Below the pieces are notes generated by a model. The model had not been told where the DNA came from, did not search any database, and worked only from the letters and a program-made list of their open reading frames with translations. Position numbers and translations under genes: made by a program. A DNA stretch of 64,000 bases. Origin: an uncultured Anaeroplasmataceae bacterium. GTDB taxonomy: Bacteria > Bacillota_I > Bacilli_A > Acholeplasmatales > Anaeroplasmataceae. The stretch covers positions 57,376 to 121,375 of the forward strand of contig CAJTTN010000006.1 of the NCBI GenBank assembly GCA_910579215.1, written 5' to 3'. Of the stretch, positions 46,206 to 56,588 are shown piece by piece. Each line of letters starts with the position of its first letter. The first letter of the stretch is position 1.

Positions 46206-49200
46206 ATGAGTGAGAAAAAGAAAAGAATGGCGATAGATGGTAACTATGCTGCCGCATATGCATCTTATGCGTTTACAGAGGTTGCAGGAATCTATCCTAT
46301 TACTCCATCATCACCAATGGCGGAGTATACTGACGAATGGGCTTCTCAGGGTAAGAAAAACTTATTTGGAATGCCTGTTAAAGTTGTTGAAATGCAATCT
46401 GAAGGAGGAGCTGCTGGTACAGTTCATGGTTCACTACAGGCTGGTGCTTTAACTACAACTTATACTGCATCTCAAGGTTTATTATTAAAAATTCCTAACA
46501 TGTATAAGATTGCAGGTGAATGCTTACCTGGTGTAATTCATGTATCTGCACGTACGTTAGCTGCACAATCTCTATCTATATTTGGTGATCATCAGGATGT
46601 TATGGCATGTCGTCAAACAGGTTTTGCAATGCTATGTTCTGGTTCTGTTCAGGAGGTTATGGATTTAGGTGGTGTTGCACATTTATCTGCAATTGAATCT
46701 AGTATTCCATTCCTACATTTCTTTGATGGCTTTAGAACTTCTCATGAAGTAAATACGATTGAGCCAATTGATTATGAAGTGTTTGATAAGCTGCTTGACC
46801 GTGAGGCTGTAGCTAGATTTAGAGAAAATGCTTTGAATCCTGCGCATCCTAAAACACGTGGAACTGCACAAAACGATGACGTTTATTTTCAAACTAGAGA
46901 GCTTCAGAATTTTAAATATGAGGGCTTATATGATGTAGTAGAAAAATATATGAAAGCTATATCTAAGGCTACTGGACGTAAATATCAACCTTATACTTAT
47001 TACGGAGCAAAAGATGCTAAATATGTAATTGTTGCTATGGGTTCTGTAACAGAGTGTGCTGAAGAGGTTGTAGATTTCTTAACAGCAAGAGGAGAAAAGG
47101 TTGGTATCTTAAAGGTTCATCTTTATCGTCCATTTGTTGTAGATAAGTTCTTAAAGGCTATGCCAAAAACTGCAAAGAAAATTGCTGTTTTAGATAGAAC
47201 TATTGAGCAAGGTGCTTTATATGAGCCATTATGCTTAGATGTTAAGGCTGCATATTTTGGCGCAAAAGATGCTCCTGTGATTGTAGGTGGACGTTATGGT
47301 CTATCTAGTAAGGATACTACACCAGATATGGTTAATGCTGTATTCTCTAATTTAAAGAAATCAAAACCAAAGGATCATTTCACTCTTGGTATTTATGATG
47401 ATATTAAGTATACATCTTTAGATGTGACTGAGAAGATTGATGTTGCAGATGCAACTACAACAGAATTATTGTTCTTTGGATTAGGATCTGATGGTACTGT
47501 TGGTGCTTGTAAGAATATTTCAAAGATTGTAGGAGATTATACCTCTTTCTATTCTCAAAGCTATGCTGCATATGATTCAAAGAAGTCAGGTGGTTCTACA
47601 AGATTACATTTACGCTTCTCTAAGAATCCAATTCGTTCTACTTATTTAGTAAATAAGCCTCACTTTGTATCTTGTTCTTTAGATGCTTATCTTGATAAAT
47701 TTGATATGATTTCAGGCTTACGTGATGGTGGTACATTCTTATTAAATACAGTTGTTGATGCGAAAAATATTGAAAAGCGTCTTCCTAACCGTTATAAGAG
47801 ATTATTAGCAGAAAAGCATGCTAAATTCTATATTATTGCTGCAAATGCTGCCGCAAGAGAGTGTGGCTTCCGTCCAGGCTTAGGTGTAAATACAATTATG
47901 CAATCTGCATTCTTCAAATTAAATGAACAAATTATGGATTATGAAGAAGCAAAAGAGCATATGAAGGAATTTGCTACTAAGACCTATTTAAGAAAGGGTC
48001 AAGAATTAGTAGACCAAAACCATAAAGCAATTGACATGGGTGGTACTAAGCTAGTTGAAGTTGAGGTAAAACCTGAATGGGCTGCTTTAGAGGATGAAGA
48101 GAAGAAGGTTGATATGAAGAGACCTGCTTTCGTAAGAGAAATTGCAGATGTTATTAATGCAATTGATGGAGACTCTCTACCATTATCTGTATTTGCTAAG
48201 TATGGGGATGACTGTCATATGCCTCAAGGAACTGCTGCATATGAAAAGCGTGGAGTTGCAACCGATGTACCTCTATGGAATTCCGAAAATTGTATTCAAT
48301 GTAACCAATGTGCATTTGTATGTCCACATGCATGTATTCGTCCTTTCCTTTGTACAGAGGAAGAAGTTGCTAAAGCTCCTAAGGGTGCTCAATTCTTAGA
48401 CGCAACTGGATTTAAGGGATATAAATATACCTTACAGGTATCTACTTTAGATTGTACAGGCTGTGGTGTTTGTTTATCCGTTTGTCCTGGTAAGAAGGTT
48501 AAGGATGAGACAGGTGCTATGGTACAACGTCCTGCGTTAACTTCTCATTCTATGGCTGAATCTAACAAAAATAAAGAAGCAAAGGTTTGTGAGTATTTCT
48601 ATAATAAGGTAAGCTATAAGGGCGATTTAGCAGGAACTAATAATGCTAAGAATGTACAATTCTCTAAGCCTTTATTTGAATTCTCAGGAGCATGTGGCGG
48701 ATGTGGTGAAACTCCTTATGTTAAGGCAGTTTCTCAGTTGTTTGGAGATCGTATGCTAGTTGCTAATGCAACAGGATGTACCTCAATCTATTCTGGTTCT
48801 TATCCATCTAGTCCATATACAACAAATGCGGAAGGACGTGGACCAGCTTGGGCAAACTCTTTATTTGAAGATAATGCTGAATTTGGCTTTGGTATGCGTA
48901 TGGCTGTTGAAACCTTACGTGATAGAATTCAAAATGTTATGGCACTCAATATGGAAGAAATGCCTGTTGCAGCACAGAAGCTATGTACTGAGTGGATGGA
49001 GAATAGAACTTCTGGTGCTAAAACAAAGGAATTAGCTCCTAAAATTGTAGAAGCGATGAAGGGGATTGATGCTCCTTATGCAAAAGAAATTCTATCTTTA
49101 AAGGATTATCTAGTTAAGGTAAGCCAATGGATTATCGGTGGCGATGGTTGGGCTTATGATATTGGCTATGGTGGACTTGACCATGTTATTGCTAACAACG

Positions 49201-49784
49201 AAGATGTAAATATTTTGGTTGTTGATACTGAGGTTTACTCAAATACAGGTGGACAATCCTCTAAGTCTTCAAGAACTGGTGCTATCGCTAAATTTGCAGC
49301 TGCAGGTAAGCCAACCTTCAAGAAGGATCTAGCTTCCATTGCGATGTCCTATGGACATGTTTATGTTGCGACAGTATCTCATGGATATAATCAAAATCAA
49401 GTGATTAAGGCTTTAAAGGAGGCAGAGGCTTACAATGGACCATCTATTGTAATCTGCTACTCTCCTTGTATAGCACATAATATAAAGAAGGGCTTATATA
49501 TGAGTCAAATGGAGGCTAAGAAGGCTACAGAATGTGGATATTGGCCAACCTTCAGATATAATCCTGATTTAGCTAAGGAAGGTAAAAATCCATTCACAAT
49601 GGATTCTAAGGAGCCAGATTGGACAAAGTATAATGATTTCTTAATGAATGAGGGACGTTATGCACAATTGGTAAAGATAAATCCTGAAAAAGCACAGGAA
49701 TTACTTGAAATGAATATGAAGGATGCTCAAAAGCGTTTTGCAAATTATACACATTTAGCAAATATTGAATATCCTAATAAGTAA
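46206..49784 (+). CDS. por: Pyruvate:ferredoxin (flavodoxin) oxidoreductase, single-polypeptide type
   Basis: 1192 aa; ferredoxin-type Cys motifs (CIQCNQCAFVCPHA; CTGCGVCLSVCP); TPP-binding domain GGDGWAYDIG. Confidence 0.9.
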   Translation: MSEKKKRMAIDGNYAAAYASYAFTEVAGIYPITPSSPMAEYTDEWASQGKKNLFGMPVKVVEMQSEGGAAGTVHGSLQAGALTTTYTASQGLLLKIPNMYKIAGECLPGVIHVSARTLAAQSLSIFGDHQDVMACRQTGFAMLCSGSVQEVMDLGGVAHLSAIESSIPFLHFFDGFRTSHEVNTIEPIDYEVFDKLLDREAVARFRENALNPAHPKTRGTAQNDDVYFQTRELQNFKYEGLYDVVEKYMKAISKATGRKYQPYTYYGAKDAKYVIVAMGSVTECAEEVVDFLTARGEKVGILKVHLYRPFVVDKFLKAMPKTAKKIAVLDRTIEQGALYEPLCLDVKAAYFGAKDAPVIVGGRYGLSSKDTTPDMVNAVFSNLKKSKPKDHFTLGIYDDIKYTSLDVTEKIDVADATTTELLFFGLGSDGTVGACKNISKIVGDYTSFYSQSYAAYDSKKSGGSTRLHLRFSKNPIRSTYLVNKPHFVSCSLDAYLDKFDMISGLRDGGTFLLNTVVDAKNIEKRLPNRYKRLLAEKHAKFYIIAANAAARECGFRPGLGVNTIMQSAFFKLNEQIMDYEEAKEHMKEFATKTYLRKGQELVDQNHKAIDMGGTKLVEVEVKPEWAALEDEEKKVDMKRPAFVREIADVINAIDGDSLPLSVFAKYGDDCHMPQGTAAYEKRGVATDVPLWNSENCIQCNQCAFVCPHACIRPFLCTEEEVAKAPKGAQFLDATGFKGYKYTLQVSTLDCTGCGVCLSVCPGKKVKDETGAMVQRPALTSHSMAESNKNKEAKVCEYFYNKVSYKGDLAGTNNAKNVQFSKPLFEFSGACGGCGETPYVKAVSQLFGDRMLVANATGCTSIYSGSYPSSPYTTNAEGRGPAWANSLFEDNAEFGFGMRMAVETLRDRIQNVMALNMEEMPVAAQKLCTEWMENRTSGAKTKELAPKIVEAMKGIDAPYAKEILSLKDYLVKVSQWIIGGDGWAYDIGYGGLDHVIANNEDVNILVVDTEVYSNTGGQSSKSSRTGAIAKFAAAGKPTFKKDLASIAMSYGHVYVATVSHGYNQNQVIKALKEAEAYNGPSIVICYSPCIAHNIKKGLYMSQMEAKKATECGYWPTFRYNPDLAKEGKNPFTMDSKEPDWTKYNDFLMNEGRYAQLVKINPEKAQELLEMNMKDAQKRFANYTHLANIEYPNK

Positions 49785-49801
49785 TTAAATAAGAGAATAA
49801 A

Positions 49802-49836
49802 AATGCTATTGGAGAGATCTAATAGCATTTTTTTCT
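49802..49836 (+). terminator. Rho-independent terminator after PFOR
   Basis: atgctatt-loop-aatagcat hairpin plus T7. Confidence 0.55.
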
Positions 49837-49973
49837 TAAATGTATGAATGTCTTTCTTTTGTAAAATATAAAAATGAAGAAGCAGATCATAGAATGCTAA
49901 AAATAAAAACATTCTTTGACAAATTTATTCTTTTTTATAACAAATTATGATAAAATAAAAATTGGTGATTCGT

Positions 49974-50564
49974 ATGAAAATACTTTTAACTGGATTTAAG
50001 CCATTTGGTAAAAATAGTAGTAATCCAACATTAAAATTAATAGAAGAATTGAAAAAAAGAAGAAAAGAAAATATAGATACACTTAATCTTGAGGTTGTAT
50101 ATGGATTAGACGGAGAAAAGGCTGTGGAAAGAATAAGAGATACTCAGCCTAATCTTGTTCTTTCCTTTGGCTTGGCTGGTGGACGCGAAGCAGTTTGCTT
50201 AGAAACTCGGGCTGTAAATTCACGAGATTCTCATATGAGAGACAATCAAGGACAAATCTTTACAAATGAAAAGATTAGTGATGGCCCCTTATTTTATGAG
50301 ACAAATTTAAATGTTGAACATTTGCAAAAAAGTATAAATCTGAGAAACTTTATGATTTCTACTTCTGCAGGAACATACGTTTGTAATGATGTTTATTATC
50401 AAGAGCTTGATTACATCTATCAAAATCATTTAAATATTCTTTGTGGGTTTATTCACATTCCATATATTGAATCCAATAATGGAATGCCGTTTCTTGAGTT
50501 TGAGATAGTTTATCAATTGGTTTCTACTATAATAGATTTAATTTTGGAGGAATATGATGTTTAA
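49974..50564 (+). CDS. pcp: Pyroglutamyl-peptidase I (pyrrolidone-carboxylate peptidase)
   Basis: MKILLTGFKPFG N-terminus; catalytic Cys in GTYVCN. Confidence 0.75.
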   Translation: MKILLTGFKPFGKNSSNPTLKLIEELKKRRKENIDTLNLEVVYGLDGEKAVERIRDTQPNLVLSFGLAGGREAVCLETRAVNSRDSHMRDNQGQIFTNEKISDGPLFYETNLNVEHLQKSINLRNFMISTSAGTYVCNDVYYQELDYIYQNHLNILCGFIHIPYIESNNGMPFLEFEIVYQLVSTIIDLILEEYDV

Positions 50565-51390
50565 AATAGGATGTCACTTATCTATAGCGAATGGATTTTT
50601 AAAAGCTGGGAAAAATATAATGGAGTTGGGTGGAAATACATTTCAGTATTTTTCTAGAAACCCTCAAGGAGGCAGAGCTAGACCATGGGATCAAAAGGAT
50701 TTTGAGGGCTTTATGCAATATGCTTCTTTTGTGGGGATAGAGGGGTTACTTTGTCATGCACCATATACCTTAAATGCCTGTTCTGCAAATCCACAAACGC
50801 GTGAATTTGCTAGAATGGTTTTTAAATCGGATTTGGAAATGTTAGAACATTTTCCTAATGCTTTATATAATTTTCATCCTGGCAGTCATACAGGACAAGG
50901 TGTTGAGATTGGGATTAAGCAAATTGTAGAAATTTTAAATGAGGTTATTACTCCCGATATGTCTACTACCATTCTTTTAGAGACTATGTCAGGAAAGGGA
51001 AGTGAAGTGGGTAGAAGCTTTGAAGAGCTTGCAGAAATTATTTCTTGTGTAGAGCATAAGGAAAAGCTAGGTGTTTGTTTAGATACCTGTCATGTTTATT
51101 CGGCAGGCTATGATATTGTAAATCATTTGGATGATGTTTTAGAGGAGTTTGATTCTATCGTTGGGCTTGAAAAATTAAAGGCAATTCATTTGAATGATTC
51201 TATGATGCCCTTTGCATCGAATAAAGACAGACATGCAAAGATAGGTGAGGGCACAATTGGATTAGATGCAATCGTTAGAATCATAAATCATCCCAAATTA
51301 AAGGATTTACCTTTTTATCTAGAGACTCCGAATGAGGATGAGGGCTATAAAAAGGAAATTACATTATTGAAAAATTGTCGAACCTATTAA
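50554..51390 (+). CDS. nfo: Endonuclease IV (AP endonuclease family 2)
   Basis: FKIGCHLSIANG N-terminus; TIM-barrel metal motifs HAPYTLN, LETMSGKG, LDTCH. Confidence 0.8.
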   Translation: MMFKIGCHLSIANGFLKAGKNIMELGGNTFQYFSRNPQGGRARPWDQKDFEGFMQYASFVGIEGLLCHAPYTLNACSANPQTREFARMVFKSDLEMLEHFPNALYNFHPGSHTGQGVEIGIKQIVEILNEVITPDMSTTILLETMSGKGSEVGRSFEELAEIISCVEHKEKLGVCLDTCHVYSAGYDIVNHLDDVLEEFDSIVGLEKLKAIHLNDSMMPFASNKDRHAKIGEGTIGLDAIVRIINHPKLKDLPFYLETPNEDEGYKKEITLLKNCRTY

Positions 51391-51469
51391 TTTTTGTGCA
51401 AATTTTTCCTTTTATTCTTTGGCATTTTTAACTATAATAATACTATATGAGAAAAGGAGGAGTTAGCCT

Positions 51470-53218
51470 ATGTTTAAATTTATTAAGAGCCTATGGTGGT
51501 TTATCTCTAAAAACTGGTATCATTATATTGCGATTTTAATTGTAGGGTTACTCCTACCAATTTTAAATCTTGCTCCAGCAGCAATAGTAAAACTATTAAT
51601 TGATGCAGTAGGTAAAGAGGATAATATCACAATGGCTTTTTTATTATGGTATATTATTCTTCCATATGCAGTAACGATGCTATTGATTTATGTAGTTGCA
51701 ACGACAAAGAGACTATTACAAAATCGCCTAAAGATTAAATTATATTATGCTTTACAGGTTCGCTATATGGAAAACATTTTAGTTCAGGATGCAACCTTTT
51801 TTGAACGATTCCAATCTGGAGACCTATTAACGAGAGCCTTAGGAGATGTTAAAAGTGTCAATTTTAGTGGAGGAAACCGTTTATTAAATATCATTTTGGA
51901 ATTTTTGACTGTTATAGTAACTCTAGTTGCCATGATTTGGATTGATCCTGTTTTGGCTGTATTATGCTTTATTCCTTTAAGTTTTATTTTTATAGCCAAT
52001 CTGATATTAAAGAGAAAAGTAAAAAGAAATTGGCAATTGGTAAGAGAAAAATCCTCTTTAATGGGAAATGTTATTTTAGAAAGTATAACAAATGTTCGGA
52101 CAATCCGTGCTTTTTCTAAAGAAGAAGAAAATTATCAAAAGAATTTAAAGTTTTCTAAAGATACCTATGATGTGGAAAAGGCAAATTTAAAGATAAATGT
52201 AATATTTCAGCCTATGTTTCAGTCAATTGTTGCTGTTGCGACGATCATTGCCTATGGTTTAGGTGCTTATTTTTGTTATTTAGAAAAGATAGAAATACCT
52301 GAGCTTGCTCAATTTATATTATATTTAAATCTTTTCCAAGCTCCGCTAACGAATATTGGCAATATGATCAATAATTTTTATCAATCCTTGATTTCTGCTG
52401 ATCGTATTAACGAAATCTATGATTCAAAGAGTAGCGTTATAGATAAAAGTGATGAGGAAGTGGAAGAAATTAAAACCATTGAATTTAAAGATTTTTCTTT
52501 CCGATATATGGGAGATAATGATGATGTGCTAAAGCATATTAATCTTACAATTAAGGAAGGTCAAACTTTAGGTATTGTGGGAAAAACAGGAAGTGGCAAA
52601 TCCACCTTAGTACGTCAGCTTGTTAGACAGCTTCCGATTGAAGAAGGTAAATTATTTATAAATGGAGAAGAGATTGAGTCCTATGATCAGCAAGATGTTC
52701 GTAAGCATATTGGATATGTTCCGCAGGAGCATATGCTATTTTCTCGTTCTGTATTAAAAAATGTGTTGATTGGAGATTCAACTGCCTCCTTAGAGGAAGT
52801 CAATGAGGCTGTTCTTATGGCAGATTTTGAAAAAGATATTGCTGAGCTTTCAAATGGATTTGAAACAGTTGTGGGAGAATATGGAGTTACCCTATCTGGA
52901 GGGCAGAAACAAAGACTTGCCATTGCGAGAGCTTTTCTTAAAAATGCAGATGTATTAATTCTAGATGATTCCTTGTCTGCAGTAGATGGTAAAACAGAAT
53001 CTAATATTATACATTCCTTACGTAAGTTTAGATCAAAGCGTACGAATATCATAGTAGCGCATCGTCTATCTGCGGTAATGAATGCGAATCTAATTATTGT
53101 ATTAGATCAAGGAAAGATAGTTGAACAGGGTACACATGAGGAGCTTATGCAAAACAAGGGTTGGTACTATGAGCAATTCTTAGCACAACAGATGGAAGAG
53201 GGTGAAGACCATGAGTAA
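51470..53218 (+). CDS. ABC transporter permease/ATPase fusion (type I exporter half-transporter, subunit A)
   Basis: 6-TM N-terminal domain; Walker A GKTGSGKST; signature LSGGQKQR; Walker B ILDD. Confidence 0.8.
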   Translation: MFKFIKSLWWFISKNWYHYIAILIVGLLLPILNLAPAAIVKLLIDAVGKEDNITMAFLLWYIILPYAVTMLLIYVVATTKRLLQNRLKIKLYYALQVRYMENILVQDATFFERFQSGDLLTRALGDVKSVNFSGGNRLLNIILEFLTVIVTLVAMIWIDPVLAVLCFIPLSFIFIANLILKRKVKRNWQLVREKSSLMGNVILESITNVRTIRAFSKEEENYQKNLKFSKDTYDVEKANLKINVIFQPMFQSIVAVATIIAYGLGAYFCYLEKIEIPELAQFILYLNLFQAPLTNIGNMINNFYQSLISADRINEIYDSKSSVIDKSDEEVEEIKTIEFKDFSFRYMGDNDDVLKHINLTIKEGQTLGIVGKTGSGKSTLVRQLVRQLPIEEGKLFINGEEIESYDQQDVRKHIGYVPQEHMLFSRSVLKNVLIGDSTASLEEVNEAVLMADFEKDIAELSNGFETVVGEYGVTLSGGQKQRLAIARAFLKNADVLILDDSLSAVDGKTESNIIHSLRKFRSKRTNIIVAHRLSAVMNANLIIVLDQGKIVEQGTHEELMQNKGWYYEQFLAQQMEEGEDHE

Positions 53219-54977
53219 ATCTAATAAAAGTTACTCTAAAACTACATTATTTAAAAAGACATTGCCTTATATCAAAAGAGAAAAATGGGTAGTCTTGTTA
53301 AGCTTACTCCTATCCATAGGAGTTGCTGTATTGACGACAATATCACCCTTGCTTACAAAACGAATTATTGATGAATTCATTCCAAATAATAATTTTGATG
53401 GTATATTAAAATATTTAATTCTTTATTTTGTGCTGATTATCATTGTTGTCATCATGCGTTATTTTGGACAATATTTTCAGACGCTTACAGGAATGCATAT
53501 TGAGCGACGTTTAAGAGAAGAGGCAATTCGTAAAATAGATTATCTACCAGTAGATTACTTTGCTTTAGAGCCAGACGGAAAAATTGTTGCTAAGATTACC
53601 TCTGATAGTAATGGAGTAAGAACCTTTTATATGACGATGTTTTCTATAGTAAACTCTTTATTAAATATAGCTATCGTCTATGTGGGCTTGATTATATTAG
53701 AACCAATTCTAGGCTTAATTATACTTGCAGTTGTTCCAATCATACTCATTTGGATTACAGTATATCGGAAAAAGGTTCATGGATATTATTTAGATTTGCG
53801 AGAAACAGGATCAAGAATTACAGGTAAATTGAATGAATTGATAAGTGGTGCCTTAATTATTCAGGATTTTAATCAAGAAGAAAATATGCTAAATGAATAT
53901 AAGGAGCTTGTGAATCGTTATAATTATAATGATAAGAAAGCTAATACAATAAATATATATTTTGGTTGGGAGCTATTGGTTGTTGTTAGAAGGCTTGCAG
54001 AGACAGGAATCTTATTTTTCTTAGGATTTCAAGCTACGCAAATAGGTGGTATTGTTGTTACTGCTGGTTTAATTACGACTTTTATAGATTATATAAGCAG
54101 AATGATTAATCCAATCAATGCAATTTTTAACAATTTAAATGAATTAGAGGATTCCTTAGTTGCTGCAAATCGCGTTTATATGTTTATGGATGAGGCTAAT
54201 GATACAAGAATTTTAGATGGTAAAGAGGCTCCAGAGACTATAGAGGGAGCTGTAGAATTTAAAAATATTAAGTTTGCATATATAGAGAATAATTATGTTT
54301 TAAAGGATTTATCCTTGAAGGTAGAAGCAGGGAAAAAGATAGGAATTGTTGGACATACAGGGAGTGGAAAATCCTCCTTAATGAATTTATTATTAGGCTA
54401 TAATGATTATCAAGAAGGAAGTCTTTTAGTAGATGGAGTTGATATTAAGGAATATAATAAAGCCTCATATCGGAAGAATCTAGGTATTGTTTTACAAACG
54501 CCAGCATTATTTGCAGGTACTATTCGTTCAAATGTAACTATGGAAAGAGATTGCTATACGGATGAGGAAATAGCTAAGGTTCTTGAAGAGGTTGGAGCTG
54601 GATATATGCTGCAAAAAAATGAATTAGGCTTAGACACGCCAATTTCATTTAAAGGAGATAACCTATCCTTAGGAGAAAAACAACTATTGTCTTTTGCAAG
54701 AATTCTCCTTAGAAAACCTAAAATTTTAGTATTGGATGAAGCGACAGCTAATATTGATAGTGAAACAGAAATAAGGATTAAACATGCTATGGATGTTGTT
54801 GCCAAAGGAAGAACAACATTTATAATCGCACATAGATTATCAACAATTAAGGATGCTGATGAAATAGTTGTTCTAGATCATGGCATTATCGCAGGACAGG
54901 GTAGTCATAGTTCATTATATCAAGAATGTCCTATTTATAAGGATATGTATGATTCACAATTTGAACAAAAATCATAA
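53211..54977 (+). CDS. ABC transporter permease/ATPase fusion (heterodimer partner, subunit B)
   Basis: Walker A GHTGSGKSS; LSLGEKQL; VLDEATA; translationally coupled to the upstream half-transporter. Confidence 0.8.
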   Translation: MSKSNKSYSKTTLFKKTLPYIKREKWVVLLSLLLSIGVAVLTTISPLLTKRIIDEFIPNNNFDGILKYLILYFVLIIIVVIMRYFGQYFQTLTGMHIERRLREEAIRKIDYLPVDYFALEPDGKIVAKITSDSNGVRTFYMTMFSIVNSLLNIAIVYVGLIILEPILGLIILAVVPIILIWITVYRKKVHGYYLDLRETGSRITGKLNELISGALIIQDFNQEENMLNEYKELVNRYNYNDKKANTINIYFGWELLVVVRRLAETGILFFLGFQATQIGGIVVTAGLITTFIDYISRMINPINAIFNNLNELEDSLVAANRVYMFMDEANDTRILDGKEAPETIEGAVEFKNIKFAYIENNYVLKDLSLKVEAGKKIGIVGHTGSGKSSLMNLLLGYNDYQEGSLLVDGVDIKEYNKASYRKNLGIVLQTPALFAGTIRSNVTMERDCYTDEEIAKVLEEVGAGYMLQKNELGLDTPISFKGDNLSLGEKQLLSFARILLRKPKILVLDEATANIDSETEIRIKHAMDVVAKGRTTFIIAHRLSTIKDADEIVVLDHGIIAGQGSHSSLYQECPIYKDMYDSQFEQKS

Positions 54978-55152
54978 TATGATTGATTAGTAAAAAGCTT
55001 ATTAACTATTTGTTAGTAAGCTTTTTAAAATTCTATTTTAAAAAAATAATGTCGATATTTGTAATTTTTTCGGATAAATAAAATGTTGAATATTACTATA
55101 ATTTCATATAAAATCATAGTAAAGGAATATTTATTTTAAGGAGGGCAGTACA

Positions 55153-56391
55153 ATGAAAAGAATTTGTTTGATATTTGTGTGTTTGTTATTTTTAGTATCT
55201 TGTCAAAGTTCTCAAAATAAGGATAATAGAACAAATAGTAATTATGGATCAGAAAGTAATGAAAAGGAAATTTTAACAAAACTTAATCAATTTTCGTTTC
55301 AAGCATCAGAAAAATATTTTAACGAAGTTAAAGAGGATAATGATGCATTTTCTCCATTATCATTTTATTTTAATTTGGCAATGATAAACTCAATGGCAAA
55401 AAATATAGTTTCAAAAGAAATTGCAGATGTTCTCTCCATGAGTCAAAATGATATTGAAATAATTGCTGAGAAATTTAAGAATAATAAACTGTTTTATGGA
55501 GATGAAATAAAAGAGTCAAATGAAGGAAAATTAGAAGCAATTGAAGAGGGATTTTTTGGGTTAGATAATAGTTTTTGGATAAATGAAAATCAGTCTATTA
55601 ATAACAAGATATTACCAAAATTAATCAATACATTTAATGCTAATGTTTATAAAATAGATTTTTCTAATCAAAAATTTTTAGAAGATTATACTCGAAATTT
55701 TATGAAAAACGATAAAATTATTCTTCCAAAATTTGATGTGTCCTCTATTTTTACAATTATGAATTTGCTAAGTTTAAAGGATGTATGGTCTTTCGGTGAC
55801 TTAAAGGAAAGTACAGAAGATTATCAATTCAATACGATTTCTTCAAAAATGCTATTAGGAAATTATGAAGATGGTAAAATATATGAAGAAGATGATTTTA
55901 AATCTTTCTATATTAATACTAAAAATGGATATATATTAACATTTATTCTTCCAAAAAATAATACGTCTTTGCAAGATGTAATGTCTAAAAAGACTATAGA
56001 AAAAGTAATTAACATCAACTATACTATGTCTAATGAAAAAACAAGTTATAAAACAAGATGTATTTTCCCTAAGTTTACTATTTCTAATTCTAAGTCTTTA
56101 AAAAAATTATGTCAAAACCTTGGAATAAAAGAAATGTTTCTTCCTTCTACAGATTTTTTAATTTTTAATGAAAATAGTAGCTTTGTCCATGATGTAATAC
56201 AAAATATTTATATTGAGGTTAATAAAAATGGTATTGACGCAGGTGCTATAACTTATACTTCATTTTTTGGGAATAATTCACAACAAACAGAGTATTTTGA
56301 TTTTGTTGTAGATCGTTCCTTTGGTTTTGTTATAACGGATGTTAAGGCTAATAATTTACTTTTTTCTGGCATAGTCCAAAATATAATTTGA
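55153..56391 (+). CDS. Serpin-family protease inhibitor, predicted lipoprotein
   Basis: Lipobox LFLVSCQ; serpin N-terminal FSPLSFYFNLAM; hinge NGIDAGAITYT; C-terminal signature FVVDRSFGFVITDVKANNLLFSGIV; 412 aa. Confidence 0.6.
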   Translation: MKRICLIFVCLLFLVSCQSSQNKDNRTNSNYGSESNEKEILTKLNQFSFQASEKYFNEVKEDNDAFSPLSFYFNLAMINSMAKNIVSKEIADVLSMSQNDIEIIAEKFKNNKLFYGDEIKESNEGKLEAIEEGFFGLDNSFWINENQSINNKILPKLINTFNANVYKIDFSNQKFLEDYTRNFMKNDKIILPKFDVSSIFTIMNLLSLKDVWSFGDLKESTEDYQFNTISSKMLLGNYEDGKIYEEDDFKSFYINTKNGYILTFILPKNNTSLQDVMSKKTIEKVININYTMSNEKTSYKTRCIFPKFTISNSKSLKKLCQNLGIKEMFLPSTDFLIFNENSSFVHDVIQNIYIEVNKNGIDAGAITYTSFFGNNSQQTEYFDFVVDRSFGFVITDVKANNLLFSGIVQNII

Positions 56392-56485
56392 TAGATTAAA
56401 TTTCTAAAAAATCTGTTCTTTTGTTTGTTCAACAATGAAAGCTTGGACTAGTGAAAAAGCAAGGTTAAAGAACTGTATGATAATT

Positions 56486-56520
56486 GGGCATTTCTTTTGA
56501 AGTGCCCTTTTCCTTTTTTT
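56486..56520 (+). terminator. Rho-independent terminator after the serpin gene
   Basis: gggcatttc-tttt-gaagtgccc hairpin plus T-run. Confidence 0.5.
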
Positions 56521-56588
56521 GCTTTTCTTGAATATACCTTTATTTTGTGATAAAATGTTAATAATATAGATATAGTGAGGTTTTATGT

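Noticed and set aside
46237-49035. Several 70-90-aa plus-strand ORFs inside the PFOR gene (46237, 48142, 48760)
   Set aside because: These are out-of-frame overlaps within a 1192-aa highly conserved CDS.
56392-56588. T-box or attenuator leader upstream of the aro operon
   Set aside because: There is no AGGGTGGNACCGCG-type T-box core and no convincing antiterminator/terminator alternative. The single hairpin at 56486-56520 is adequately explained as the serpin gene's terminator.
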